Below are positions 9,129-19,678 of a stretch of DNA of 57,362 nt, in pieces. Positions within the stretch are counted from its first letter, which is position 1; each line of letters starts with the position of its first letter. The position numbers and the translations under genes are program-made. Source of the DNA: Oscillospiraceae bacterium (GTDB lineage Bacteria; Bacillota; Clostridia; Oscillospirales; CAG-272); NCBI GenBank assembly GCA_015065175.1, contig SVQV01000002.1:1-57362 (forward strand), read 5' to 3'. A model generated the notes under the pieces. It made no database searches, was not told the origin of the DNA, and was given only the letters and a program-made list of their open reading frames with translations.

Positions 9129-11237
9129 TCAGTTTGTTTTTAGACGTCTTATTATGTCGTGACAGTTCAGTATTTTTTCGCAGAGGCAACCCTTGGAGAA
9201 GTAGTAGTGGTTTGCCGCCTCAAAGCCGACTGCGGGGTTGAGGTTCATCATTTTGAGCATCTCGCTTGCGCTTGTTATTTCGTTCTGCGCCTCTCTTATC
9301 ATTGCTTCCTTGTCGCCCGCTTCTCTTGCAATATAGAAGCGGAACAGGTTGAGGCTGGAGCGGAACAGGCAATAAGCGGCTGTCGCCATAATATCTACCT
9401 CGTCGTATTTGCCGTTCTTCTTTTCGTTTCTCTCTTTTTCAAGAAGAACAAGTCCCTTTTCCCACTTAGAGCAGAGCTTAGAGAGCTGTTCATCAAATAT
9501 ATCTCTCGGATAAATATTACACCAGTTGTTTATATCGTCATAAGCGTAGCATGTCATGGTGGATCTGTAGCCTGTCGGCTCTAAGAAAAGCATCGTGCTG
9601 GGTCCTGCATTCTGCGGTCCTTGGTAAAGCACCGTTATATTGAATGGGAATTCACGGAAGGCTTCGCTGAAGCATTCGGTCGCCATCTTAGCGGTTTCGC
9701 TTTCGTTAAGCGCGCTTTCGTCGCAATTTTCGTAGAAATATTTGGCGACGTGCATAATGTTACGAGAGGGGAAGCCGCCCAAGGTCCAGCTGAGCATAAG
9801 ATTTTTTACGCCCTCGGCTTTGATTCTTTTTATATGTTCTTCTATTAAGGGATAAACGGGAACTGCGGGGGCGGTGGATGCTTCCCAAGTTGTATTTATC
9901 TGAACCTTTGCCGCAAGCTCAAGTCCTCTTTCACGAGCCGCCCTCCATTCTTCCTTTGCACGCTCGCCGGGGCCTAAAATGCTCATTGAATAGTCACGTA
10001 CCTCGCCCTTGACTCCGTTTATTTCAAACGGAATGCCCTTTTCGCTCTGGCTCATAAGTATTACGTTCTTCGGCAGGTGATTGATTATGTCGATGTTATA
10101 GGCATCCCAAGACCAGCTCCAAGCGATGACTTTAATGTTGGGGTCAACCTTGTGCGCACCCTTTTCTATGCATCCGATAGTCTCGCCTATAACCTCGCCG
10201 ATGCCTCTTTTCTTACATCTTTCGCAGGTGCAGTTTTCGGCAGGGAAGGCGTGGGAGAAGCAGTTTGTGGGATTTTCCGAGCGTGTAATGGTGAAGAAGC
10301 CGCCTATTTTCGGTACCTCACGGCAGATAAATTCCACACTGTTTGTAAGGTAGTCCTGTACAGGCTTGGTGGAGGTACACATGCAGATCTTGTCATTTTT
10401 GGCATTATGACCTCTCAGCTCGGGATACTTCTCAAAGAAGGATTCGGGCATGCTCCTCGGCTCGTTTAAATAGAGAAAAATTTTAATTCCGTACTTGTCA
10501 CAACGCTCTGTAAGGTCTTTAAGGCGGGCAAGTCTTTCCTTGTAGCCCACAGAGAGCTTTTTGTTGAATGGAAATTCGGAGAGCTGGAACAAAACACCCT
10601 GTGTCCAGAGCGCATTAACGCCTATCTTCTGATATGCTTCGAGCATGGAATCGGGGCAGTATTCACGGCTGTCCACGTCGAATGCCTTCTGATACAAGCC
10701 CGAAAAGCCGTAGACCATTCTCATATCGAAGTATTGCTCGCCCGAGAATTTCATATCGGTGACGTCATATACAAAGTCGAAGGGTTCTTTTCCGTCAAGA
10801 TCTATCTTTTCGACGATTTCTTTTACGAAGCGGGTCTGCTCCTTTTCTTCGTCCGTCAGTTCTCTGAATTTCAGCGTTTCGCATACGGGCTTTGCGTTGA
10901 GTTTGATGTCAAGGAAGTCCTCCTCACGAAGAATAATCGCAAATTCTTCCTCGTCAAATTCGAGAAGCTCAAGAAGCTGATCATAGGGAAGAATGTGCCA
11001 CATACGTCTTACTATGGTGATATAGCCCTTTTTGAGCCATATATCGCTTGTACATTCACGCTTCAAGCCCATTTCGGATGCGGCATTGCGGATATTATCC
11101 TCCGAGGTGTCGAGGAGCTTCGCTATCTTGGAGACAGGCACGTATTCGTATGCACGGAAGATAAACGCTTGCTGCATTGTCGGGAAGTGTAAAAGGTCAA
11201 CAGGCTTTTTGCCTAAAGGGGGAAGCTTTATTTCCAT
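9129..11237 (-). CDS. Large GH-like protein (clan GH-A style LYLNEPR motif plus CTCERC Cys cluster); function unknown
   Basis: 702-aa intact ORF with RBS GGAGAAAAAGCA before the ATG. Motifs IKIFLYLNEPR and NCTCERCKKRG. The family assignment is tentative. Confidence 0.55.
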   Translation of the reverse strand: MEIKLPPLGKKPVDLLHFPTMQQAFIFRAYEYVPVSKIAKLLDTSEDNIRNAASEMGLKRECTSDIWLKKGYITIVRRMWHILPYDQLLELLEFDEEEFAIILREEDFLDIKLNAKPVCETLKFRELTDEEKEQTRFVKEIVEKIDLDGKEPFDFVYDVTDMKFSGEQYFDMRMVYGFSGLYQKAFDVDSREYCPDSMLEAYQKIGVNALWTQGVLFQLSEFPFNKKLSVGYKERLARLKDLTERCDKYGIKIFLYLNEPRSMPESFFEKYPELRGHNAKNDKICMCTSTKPVQDYLTNSVEFICREVPKIGGFFTITRSENPTNCFSHAFPAENCTCERCKKRGIGEVIGETIGCIEKGAHKVDPNIKVIAWSWSWDAYNIDIINHLPKNVILMSQSEKGIPFEINGVKGEVRDYSMSILGPGERAKEEWRAARERGLELAAKVQINTTWEASTAPAVPVYPLIEEHIKRIKAEGVKNLMLSWTLGGFPSRNIMHVAKYFYENCDESALNESETAKMATECFSEAFREFPFNITVLYQGPQNAGPSTMLFLEPTGYRSTMTCYAYDDINNWCNIYPRDIFDEQLSKLCSKWEKGLVLLEKERNEKKNGKYDEVDIMATAAYCLFRSSLNLFRFYIAREAGDKEAMIREAQNEITSASEMLKMMNLNPAVGFEAANHYYFSKGCLCEKILNCHDIIRRLKTN

Positions 11238-11337
11238 TGCTTTTTCTCCGTTTCCGTTTTTTTTATTATGATATCACAATTAAAAGGAAAAAGCAATATA
11301 AATTCTGTTTTTATGCTGAAAAAAAGAGTTTTTCTTC

Positions 11338-11366
11338 TTGCATTTATTTTTCTCCTGTGCTATACT
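11338..11366 (+). promoter_or_regulatory. Sigma-A-type promoter for the MFS/DUF4838 operon
   Basis: TTGCAT, 17 bp, TATACT, with an extended -10 TGc. Confidence 0.45.
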
Positions 11367-11406
11367 TTGTTAAGATGCAAAAATTACTTAAAGAAAGCGT
11401 GATAAT

Positions 11407-12654
11407 ATGGAGACTGTAAAAGAAAAAGCACAGGCGAAGGAAAAAGCGGGCAAGGGAGCGTTTTTGCCGATATTTTTATGTTGGCTTGCCTATACGGCGG
11501 CATATCTGGGAAGATACAGCTATTCCTCGAACATTACGGCGATAGAGGACGCCTTCGGTGTCACTCACTCTCAGTCGGGGTTGGTTACTACCTGTTTCTT
11601 TTTTGCATACGGTATAGGTCAGGTAGTGAACGGAATTCTGTGCAAGCATTATAACAAGCGAGTAATTATTTCTTTTGTTCTGTTAGTCTCCTCAGCCATA
11701 AATGTAACCATATTTTTGGGCGTGCCCTTTGAATATCTGAAGTATCTCTGGCTCTTAAACGGTGTCGCTCAGTCTGTATTGTGGTCGTCGCTTATTTTAG
11801 TGCTTTCTGAAAATCTGGAGTCGGGGAGCTTGACAAAGGCGGTGCTGGCAATGAGCACGACCGTTACGGTAGGCACGTTTACCGTTTACGGCTTCAGCTC
11901 TCTTATGTCACTCATTGGAAATTATACATATACCTTTTTGTTTGCCGCAACCGTTATGACAATAGCCTCATTTTGTTGGGTGCTTTTATATAAAAAGGCG
12001 TTCAATGGGGTAGTAAAACTCGAAAAAGCAAATAAAAGTATACAAAATTACAAAAAGGCAGACCTGTCGCTTATAGTGATGATAGTAATGCTCTGCCTGC
12101 TTGCCGTCGCTAACAATTTAGTGAAGGACGGACTCACCACATGGGTGCCTTCAATATTGAAGGAGCAGTTCGGTCTGCCCGAGGCACTTTCTATTCTGCT
12201 TTCTCTTGTTTTACCGATAGTCGGAATTTTCGGTGCGGTATCCAATGCGGCTCTGAAAAAGAGAATAAGTTCCTTCCTGACGGTCGGAGGAATTTGGTAT
12301 TTTATTTCGGCGGTATGCCTCTCGTTTGTTATAATTTTTCTTAAATTAGATATATGGTATCTTGTGCTTTTCTTCTTCGGTGTTGTTGCGCTTTCTATGT
12401 ACGGCACGAATAACCTTATCACAAGTATGGCGCCGCTTTATATGAGAGACAGAATAAATTCGGGCTTGCTCGCGGGAATTATAAACGGCTGCTGCTATGT
12501 AGGCAGTACGGTAAGCTCCTACGGACTCGGAACAATTGCGGATAATTTCGGCTGGATAGGCGTATTTATTCTTTTGCTCTGCGTGTGTATTTTTGCCGTT
12601 ATTATTTCACTTCTCGGACTTCTCAACAAATCGGCAAATTCAAAGAAAAGTTAA
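11407..12654 (+). CDS. MFS transporter (GlpT/UhpC-like organophosphate antiporter pattern, tentative)
   Basis: 415 aa, about 12 TM segments. N-terminal region AAYLGRYSYSSNITAIEDAFGVTHSQSGLVTTCFFFAYGIGQ resembles OPA-family MFS proteins. Confidence 0.8.
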   Translation: METVKEKAQAKEKAGKGAFLPIFLCWLAYTAAYLGRYSYSSNITAIEDAFGVTHSQSGLVTTCFFFAYGIGQVVNGILCKHYNKRVIISFVLLVSSAINVTIFLGVPFEYLKYLWLLNGVAQSVLWSSLILVLSENLESGSLTKAVLAMSTTVTVGTFTVYGFSSLMSLIGNYTYTFLFAATVMTIASFCWVLLYKKAFNGVVKLEKANKSIQNYKKADLSLIVMIVMLCLLAVANNLVKDGLTTWVPSILKEQFGLPEALSILLSLVLPIVGIFGAVSNAALKKRISSFLTVGGIWYFISAVCLSFVIIFLKLDIWYLVLFFFGVVALSMYGTNNLITSMAPLYMRDRINSGLLAGIINGCCYVGSTVSSYGLGTIADNFGWIGVFILLLCVCIFAVIISLLGLLNKSANSKKS

Positions 12655-12708
12655 AAACAAATGGCCTTCCCATTATAAATAATTATATAAAAAAGGTATG
12701 AAGAAATA

Positions 12709-14763
12709 ATGAAAATTTCGATTGTACTCCCTTATTCCGATGCTCGGACACAATATCATATTTGGGCGCATGAAGAAGACAAAATTGATTTTCGCCATGA
12801 AAAAGACAGAGCTTCCCGTTGTACGATCTCCTTTGCGGCGGAAGAGCTGGAATCCTATCTAAAGCGCATGGGGGTTGATGCTTACGTATCTGATATTGCC
12901 GGATATGATTTCAATATTTTCCTGCTTACAGCTAAGGATGAACAGGGAGATGTATTTACATACGAAGTAACGGATAATTCGCTGACGATTGACGGTACAG
13001 GACGAGTAGGTGTTTTGTACGGTGTTTATGAATTTCTGGAAAAGCAGGGGGTTTACTGGCTTAACCCGTGGGAAGAATCGGTACCTTCCGATGTGACGGC
13101 ATTGGTGATGCCCAAGGCGGGAAGATATCAGGCGTCATTTCCTCATGACAGAGGTTATTCCTTTGACGGAGAACTGAAAGAATCCGAATACATCTGGAAA
13201 TGGATGGCACGAAAAAAACTGAATACCGCCCCAAGACGCCCGTGGAAGCCCAAGCTCCAGCAGAAGCTCGGGATTACGTTTGTTCAAGGAGGGCATGTAT
13301 TTGAAGAAATTCTCCATCCCGAAATCGTGATGCCTTCCGGTAAGACACTTTGGGAAGAGCATGAAGACTGGTTCGGTCTGCCCGCAAACGGTGTAAAAGA
13401 GCGTCGCAGAGCGCAGTATACAGGATTCTGCGTATCCAATCCGGAGGTTCTGGAATATGTATCGGACAAGCTGCTTCAAAAAATGAATACAGAGTGGTAT
13501 GATGTAGATGCGCTTGCTATTTGGGGCTATGATACATGGGGCGGGATCTGCACCTGTGAAAACTGTCGAAAGCTTGGAAACGGCTCAGATCATACGCTGC
13601 ATCTTAATTCTTATATCCGCGATTATTTTGACCGCGCATTTGCCGATGGCAGACTGGACAGACATATCACGATCAGCTTCTCTATGTACGAAGGTACATC
13701 CGATATGCAGCCGCCTGAGAATCCTGTCCCTAAAAATTTGTGCGGCACCCGTGACAACGGTTCCTTCTGTCCTATCAACCGCTGTTACGCACACGCAATC
13801 GATGATGAAACCTGCGATTATAATAAGCGCTACAATCAGTGGCTTGTCGGTTGGAAGGATGTATCCATTCGTTTGAATGAATACTATAACGTTTCCCGTT
13901 TTGAAGATCTTCCGTATCTGTTTACGAAGACTATGCCGAATGACTTCAGACATTATGCTTCGGAAGGTGTTACCGGCATGGTCTATATGCACCTCCCTAT
14001 GCTGCATTGGGATGTTAAAAATCTGACACAGGTGTTGTATGCCGAGCTTTGTTGGAATGTAAATGCCGATGTGCAGCAAATTCTGACGGATTATTTTGAG
14101 CATCGGTACGGTGCTCATGCGGAAACGATGAGAGAAGTTTATTCGCTTCTGGAAGAAGCGGGAAAATACTGTCAGAGCTGGCGTGCATGGAGCGGAAATA
14201 ATATACTTACACGTCTGCAGTGTACGTGGGACGGTTCGAAAAAAGATACGCCTCTCCACAATGAAATCCATCTCGGTGCCCGTGCGGCTGAAGAAGGCAT
14301 GAAAAGTGTGGAACTGTATGCAAAGGCGGCTGAAATACTTTCGAGTGAACTGGCTGAAGAAGAACTTTCCTATGTACGTACTCTTAGTGGTGTCACAGAC
14401 AATGATGCGGCAGTTAATCCGGCGCAGCAGGCTCTGCGTGCAAAGTCAGGTCCCGTGACGGAACGCCTTCATTTGGATCTGAACTATGTCAATTACGGCA
14501 AGGACTGTATGGAGCTGATTACATTGTTTGTCATGTATTATGACGCATTGCGTAATGACGAAGATACGGATGCTTTGTTTGCGAGAATTGATGCGCTCGC
14601 GCAGAAAATGATGGGTTATTATATTCCTCTGCGTTGGGGTAATCCCGATATTGAAATCTTTTGCGACGATGCGCTGACCAGATGCCAGCTTAAGCGGCTC
14701 TATTATCAGTGCCGTGCATACCGTGAAAAAATGAAAGGTGAAATTAAGAACGCAGAGAAATAA
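12709..14763 (+). CDS. DUF4838-like glycoside-hydrolase-related protein
   Basis: 684 aa. Segment FCVSNPEVLEYVSDKL...WGGICTCENCRKLGNGSDH is typical of DUF4838 proteins as I recall them. Confidence 0.65.
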   Translation: MKISIVLPYSDARTQYHIWAHEEDKIDFRHEKDRASRCTISFAAEELESYLKRMGVDAYVSDIAGYDFNIFLLTAKDEQGDVFTYEVTDNSLTIDGTGRVGVLYGVYEFLEKQGVYWLNPWEESVPSDVTALVMPKAGRYQASFPHDRGYSFDGELKESEYIWKWMARKKLNTAPRRPWKPKLQQKLGITFVQGGHVFEEILHPEIVMPSGKTLWEEHEDWFGLPANGVKERRRAQYTGFCVSNPEVLEYVSDKLLQKMNTEWYDVDALAIWGYDTWGGICTCENCRKLGNGSDHTLHLNSYIRDYFDRAFADGRLDRHITISFSMYEGTSDMQPPENPVPKNLCGTRDNGSFCPINRCYAHAIDDETCDYNKRYNQWLVGWKDVSIRLNEYYNVSRFEDLPYLFTKTMPNDFRHYASEGVTGMVYMHLPMLHWDVKNLTQVLYAELCWNVNADVQQILTDYFEHRYGAHAETMREVYSLLEEAGKYCQSWRAWSGNNILTRLQCTWDGSKKDTPLHNEIHLGARAAEEGMKSVELYAKAAEILSSELAEEELSYVRTLSGVTDNDAAVNPAQQALRAKSGPVTERLHLDLNYVNYGKDCMELITLFVMYYDALRNDEDTDALFARIDALAQKMMGYYIPLRWGNPDIEIFCDDALTRCQLKRLYYQCRAYREKMKGEIKNAEK

Positions 14764-14933
14764 CACAGAGGAAAGCAAACAGTAAATCATACCAAGTATG
14801 CGAACAAGATATAAAAATGTTGGAGGCACATCAGGCTATTTTAGGTAGTGACATATTAACATATATCATAACAAACAAAAGACTTGCATGTTGTGGATAT
14901 TAAACTGTGTTGAGTTTGGTATTTAAAGCTAAA

Positions 14934-14985
14934 AGCACCTATGATAACGGAGAGAATAATGTGCCGTTTGTCATAAGTGCTTTTT
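14934..14985. terminator. Bidirectional terminator between convergent genes
   Basis: Long imperfect stem AGCACCTATGATAACGG / CCGTTTGTCATAAGTGCT, followed by TTTTT. Confidence 0.6.
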
Positions 14986-15005
14986 CATTTTATATTATTT
15001 GAATA

Positions 15006-16124
15006 TTATTTGTTGAAATGCAAAATTTCCTTTTCGGATTCTTTTTTATCCTCGTTTGTGAAAACAACAGAGATTTCATTTTCCGAAACTGTGAGTGCCG
15101 CGCCGGAAACTGTGCGCTGATCCTTTGAGCCGGGCTTCATTCCCATAGAAGCGCCTGTTATTACAGGGAAATTGTGTCGGATAATGCTCTCATCGTTGTT
15201 GGCGGGCAGGATAAAAGTTCTGTGAAGATGACCGCAGACCATGAAGTCTGTTTTCAGTCTTTCAAGCTCGTCTCTCCACTCGGTGTAAAGCTCTCTTTCA
15301 ATATCGAAGATGTCGCCCTTCTTCTGTGTTGTGTGCATAGGGCAGATGTGAGAAATAGCTATTTTGATCTTTCCGTTTGCGACAGGGAGAGATTTGAGCC
15401 ATTTCAGCTCTTCGCGTCTGTACAGCTCGAAAACGTTTGTGCCGTTATAAACGGGTCTGTCGCCCGGCTCAAGATGGTTGTCGGGCTTGTCCTCTCCGCA
15501 GTCTAAAACAATACCCGAAATACAGCCTATTTCAAAGGTGAAATAGGTCTTTTTGCCGTTTACGGGGAAGTATTCGGGGTAAAGCTCCGCAAGCTTTCCG
15601 CGCGTGTCGTGATTTCCGCGTGAGAATACTACGGGAATCTTACCGCCCGATATCTCGCCTACGTATTCCGCGGTGGCTATATAGTTTTCAACAGTCTCGA
15701 CCTCGCCGATATCTCCGTTTACGATAAATAAGTCGACATCATCTCCGAAATAGGAGGCTGTCTTTTTCGCAACGTCAAAAAGATAGTGGACATCGGATAT
15801 ATGATAAATATTTATGTTTTCTGTCTTGCGCAATGGCTTGAAAGCAAATTCGAGCTTTTCTTCCTCGCCCATTACAGAGAAATATGCCTTTCTGTCTATT
15901 GTTTCTCTGAAAACTACGGTGTATTTTTCAGCTTTGTCAAGGACAGACTGAGGAAATCTTATCTTCGTGCAGAGCTTCTCGCTGCTCAGCACGCCTGTGT
16001 TTTCCTCATAGAATTTTTCACCGTCGATCTCAATATGAACGATTCCGCATTTGACAGTGTTTATAAGTATTTCATAGCTGTTTTCAATAACAAAAACGCA
16101 GGGTAAGCATCTTAAAAAAGACAT
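15006..16124 (-). CDS. Calcineurin-like metallophosphoesterase
   Basis: Motifs HISDVH, NGDIGE, RGNHD and CGHLH. Start set at ATG 16124 behind AAAGGAG (the ORF track starts 26 codons upstream). Confidence 0.85.
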   Translation of the reverse strand: MSFLRCLPCVFVIENSYEILINTVKCGIVHIEIDGEKFYEENTGVLSSEKLCTKIRFPQSVLDKAEKYTVVFRETIDRKAYFSVMGEEEKLEFAFKPLRKTENINIYHISDVHYLFDVAKKTASYFGDDVDLFIVNGDIGEVETVENYIATAEYVGEISGGKIPVVFSRGNHDTRGKLAELYPEYFPVNGKKTYFTFEIGCISGIVLDCGEDKPDNHLEPGDRPVYNGTNVFELYRREELKWLKSLPVANGKIKIAISHICPMHTTQKKGDIFDIERELYTEWRDELERLKTDFMVCGHLHRTFILPANNDESIIRHNFPVITGASMGMKPGSKDQRTVSGAALTVSENEISVVFTNEDKKESEKEILHFNK

Positions 16125-16221
16125 AGCGCTCTCCTTTTGATAAGTTATATTTTCGCTTTTCGGCGTTAAGCATATTATACAACTTATGTTCTGCAAAGTC
16201 AAGCAAAAGCGGAATTATATT

Positions 16222-16923
16222 TTATGAATGCACTTGTTTTTTCTCGGAGTTCTGAGCGGAGTAAAGCTCACGTATGGAAAAATAGGATCTCGTAAGGCAG
16301 ATGAGTGAATAAATGTGGTATATCGTATGCGCGACGATCTCGGGGCTTGCTTCAAGCATGAGTATGTATTTGATAAGACCGACAAGAACGCCTGCCCATT
16401 GAAAATAAATGAACTCTTTGAAACGTAGCAGAGACAGTACGGATGTCATTATTGCTAAAACCGAGCCTGTGTTGTCCAAGAACACCTGCGAAGCACCGAA
16501 AAGCGGAAGCACAAGCTGAAAAACGAGACAGGCAAGAGCGCTCAAAGAATAAAAAATTACAGACTGCTTTTTTGAAAGCGACCTGAACTCTACCGAGTGC
16601 TTATATTTGCGCTTGCTCCACGAAGCAAAGGTGAATAGCTGAAAAGGCGCTGAAAATGCGAGCGTCTGAAAAAGCGAAGCGAAAAGGCGGTATTTGAAAA
16701 ATACGACACCGTATAAAATCGAGTTAAGACCGCCGAAAAGATAGGTGTATCTGTTGGCGCTTGCCGCAAGAAGCATTATGACTATAGAAAAATATAAAGG
16801 CAGATTGTTAAGAAACTGATCGGGATATTTTATATTGACCGCCGTTATTATAAGAAACATCAAAGCGGCGAGCAGCTTAAGGTTGGTGACAAAAGAAATG
16901 ATTTTTCGGAGCTTGCTTTTCAT
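16222..16923 (-). CDS. Polytopic membrane protein, PnuC-like (nicotinamide riboside/NMN transporter family, tentative)
   Basis: 233 aa, 7-8 TM segments. Segment NSILYGVVFFKYRLFASLFQTLAFSAPFQLFTFASWSKRK resembles the PnuC core. Confidence 0.45.
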   Translation of the reverse strand: MKSKLRKIISFVTNLKLLAALMFLIITAVNIKYPDQFLNNLPLYFSIVIMLLAASANRYTYLFGGLNSILYGVVFFKYRLFASLFQTLAFSAPFQLFTFASWSKRKYKHSVEFRSLSKKQSVIFYSLSALACLVFQLVLPLFGASQVFLDNTGSVLAIMTSVLSLLRFKEFIYFQWAGVLVGLIKYILMLEASPEIVAHTIYHIYSLICLTRSYFSIRELYSAQNSEKKQVHS

Positions 16924-17138
16924 TTTATTCCTCGCTTATCTTTGCTTTTTAAGAGACATAATTATTTACCGAAAGGACATTTTCGTAAACAGGATATACA
17001 GAGCCTTGAAGCAAAAAAAGATTTATAGGCCTCTTTACATCAGCATATATTTATGATAAAATTATAATGTTAAAGCAAAGTAAAATCAATAGGAGGAAAA
17101 GACATTGTATATACATCTATGTCTTTTTAGGAAATATT

Positions 17139-17879
17139 ATGAGCGTTAAAGAGATGAAGCTGAATATATGCGGTGTGGAAATGGATATGTTTTTTTATGA
17201 CGTCTTTTTCAGTTCCAACGGAGCGCCCTCGCCCTTTCATTCGCATGACTATGCGGAGGTGCATTTTACCGTAAGCGGTGAGTGCAGTATATATACCGAT
17301 AAAGAGGAATTGTCATCTAAGGCGGGGACGGTCACGTTTATTCCGAGAGGCGTGATACACCGACTGAAAATGGCAGACACGCAGACAGTTCACAAGACAT
17401 TTTTTATCAATTGCGACCTTGAAGAGATCCTACGAAAACAATTTCCCGAAGAGGTTCTTTGCACGCTTTCCGAGGATGCGGAGCAATTCTTAAAAACGGG
17501 AGATTTCGATAAAGCGGCGATATCCGTCGCCTATATCTGCAAGGATATATTGAGAATAGGAGTGCGCCTTTCCGAGCTTGAAAACAGAGAGTTTATGATA
17601 AGAGAATTTTTCGCCGACAGGTACAGTGAGGATATAACCCTTTCCGACCTTTCATCAGAATTAGGACTTTCAAAAAAGCACACCTCACGCCTCGTTGAAA
17701 AATATATGGGCGCATCCTTTTCGAGCGTGCTTGCCATGCACAGAATTTGCGCCGCCAATCTATTGATGAAGACCGACAAGACTCTGACTCTTGCCGAAAT
17801 AGCCGAAACGGTAGGCTACGAGTCCTACAGCGGATTCTGGAAGGCTTTTCGCAAAAATTCCGTATCAGTATCGGAATAG
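17139..17879 (+). CDS. AraC-family transcriptional regulator (cupin + HTH)
   Basis: Cupin-like N-terminus (FHSHDYAEVHF) and a C-terminal AraC HTH (LAEIAETVGYESYSGFWKAFRK). Start set at the internal ATG 17139. Confidence 0.85.
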   Translation: MSVKEMKLNICGVEMDMFFYDVFFSSNGAPSPFHSHDYAEVHFTVSGECSIYTDKEELSSKAGTVTFIPRGVIHRLKMADTQTVHKTFFINCDLEEILRKQFPEEVLCTLSEDAEQFLKTGDFDKAAISVAYICKDILRIGVRLSELENREFMIREFFADRYSEDITLSDLSSELGLSKKHTSRLVEKYMGASFSSVLAMHRICAANLLMKTDKTLTLAEIAETVGYESYSGFWKAFRKNSVSVSE

Positions 17880-17983
17880 TAAATAATTTTCTTAAAGCTA
17901 TTGACAAAGTGAGGAAGGGGTGGTATAATTTATTTAGTTAGTCAAACTAAATAAATCTTTTTGTATTGAAAGAGGAGAGAAAA

Positions 17984-18805
17984 ATGAAGGTAGGAATTTT
18001 GATAGTATTGACAAAAGAGCCCTACGCTTGCATCGAAAAGGCAAGCAAGCAGGGCTTTGATAACGGACAGATATCGGTCTGGGATATGTCGCTTTACAAC
18101 GACGAGGTCGTAAGCGAGCTTAAAAGAGCCTGCGCTGACTTCAATTTTACTATTACTGCCGTATGGTGCGGCTGGTCCGGTCCTTGTGTTTGGAAATACC
18201 CCAAGTGCTATGTTACACTCGGACTCGTTCCGAGCGAGTACCGTGCTATGCGTACAAGGGAACTTCTTTGCGGCGCAGAATTTGCACGTAAGCTGGGCGT
18301 GCGCGATATCATCACACATATAGGATATCTGCCCGACAATCCTTATCATCCCGATAATTTAGGTGTTTGCGAAGCACTCAGATATATCTGCCGTGAGCTT
18401 AAGAAGTACGGACAGAACTTCCTTTTTGAGACAGGAGAGGAGCTTCCCTTGACTCTTGTTATGCTTATGAATGAGGTGGGCTATGATAACTGGGGCATCA
18501 ACTTTGACCCCGCAAACCTCATAATGAACGGCAGAGGCTCAAGCCCTGTTGCCGCTCTTAAATTCTTTTTGCCGCACATAAAGGGCTTCCATGCGAAGGA
18601 TGCGCTGGCGATAAGCGCAGACAATATTGTCAAGAAGGAAGTACCCTGCGGAGAGGGTGCAACCGAGATGCCCAAGCTTGTTTCTATACTCAAGGAAAGC
18701 GGATATGACGGAAGCCTTACCATAGAATATGAGGTCAGTACCGCCGAGAAAGAGAGAAACGCTCAGCTTGCGAAAATAAAGGCTTATCTTGAAGCTTTGA
18801 TTTAA
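17984..18805 (+). CDS. Sugar phosphate isomerase/epimerase (xylose-isomerase-like TIM barrel)
   Basis: Pattern ...ITHIGYLP...FLFETGEE...INFDPANL...HAKD. Start at ATG 17984 behind AGAGGAGAG. Confidence 0.8.
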   Translation: MKVGILIVLTKEPYACIEKASKQGFDNGQISVWDMSLYNDEVVSELKRACADFNFTITAVWCGWSGPCVWKYPKCYVTLGLVPSEYRAMRTRELLCGAEFARKLGVRDIITHIGYLPDNPYHPDNLGVCEALRYICRELKKYGQNFLFETGEELPLTLVMLMNEVGYDNWGINFDPANLIMNGRGSSPVAALKFFLPHIKGFHAKDALAISADNIVKKEVPCGEGATEMPKLVSILKESGYDGSLTIEYEVSTAEKERNAQLAKIKAYLEALI

Positions 18806-18815
18806 GGAGATAAAT

Positions 18816-19676
18816 ATGAAGCAGTTAAGAGTAATGATGGTGGGCGCGCATCCCGACGACTGTGATATAAGATGCGGCGGACTTGCTCTGAAATATTCAA
18901 GAGCGGGACACAAGGTAAAATTCCTCGCTATGTGTAACGGAAACGGCGGACATCATATTATGTCACCCGATGAAATAGCGAAGCGCAGAAGAGGCGAGAC
19001 CTTAGCGGTCGCTAAATTTGCGGGAATAGAATATAACGTGTGGGAGGACTCCCCCGACTGCGAGCTTTATGCAGACCTTAAAACACGAGCGAGACTTGTA
19101 AGAGAAATAAGAGAGTTTGCTCCCGATATTCTGTTTTGCAGCAGATCGAACGATTATCACGCAGACCACAGAAACGCATCAATTTTAGTTCAGGACGCTT
19201 CCTATCTGCTGACAGTTCCGCACTATTGCCCAGACACTTCCGCTATGAGACAGATGCCGACTATAATGCATTTTTATGATCATTTTCAGGAGCCTGTATT
19301 CAAGCCGAGCATTCTTGTGAGAATAGACGACGTAGTTGAGGATAAATTCAGATTGCTTGCGCTTCACGAGTCGCAGATGTTCGAGTGGCTTCCTTACACT
19401 AAGGGCGTGCTTGAAGAGGTCCCGAAAACACCCGAAGAAAGGCTTGAATGGCTCCACGAGCCGAGGCTTCCGAAGGATAAACGTATAGACAAGGAGATAC
19501 TCGAAAAGAATCTCATAGGAACTCAAAGCGAGTACAAGGAGGCGAAGGTAGCCGTCTTATACAGGGATAAGCTTATCGAAAGATACGGCAAGGAGGGAGA
19601 AACTATCTTCTTCGCCGAGGCGTTTTCGGTCTGCGAATACGGCTCGCCCTATAGAGACGAATTGATTCCGTTTTAA
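18816..19676 (+). CDS. PIG-L/LmbE-family N-acetylglucosaminyl deacetylase
   Basis: N-terminal VGAHPDDCDIRCGG motif and a strong RBS AAGGAG. Confidence 0.85.
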   Translation: MKQLRVMMVGAHPDDCDIRCGGLALKYSRAGHKVKFLAMCNGNGGHHIMSPDEIAKRRRGETLAVAKFAGIEYNVWEDSPDCELYADLKTRARLVREIREFAPDILFCSRSNDYHADHRNASILVQDASYLLTVPHYCPDTSAMRQMPTIMHFYDHFQEPVFKPSILVRIDDVVEDKFRLLALHESQMFEWLPYTKGVLEEVPKTPEERLEWLHEPRLPKDKRIDKEILEKNLIGTQSEYKEAKVAVLYRDKLIERYGKEGETIFFAEAFSVCEYGSPYRDELIPF

Positions 19677-19678
19677 AA

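Noticed and set aside
13585-14271. 228-aa minus-strand ORF inside the DUF4838-like gene, and similar long antisense ORFs inside the portal, fibre and terminase genes
   Set aside because: Each is nested entirely within a longer ORF that has motif support. None has an RBS or a recognisable domain.
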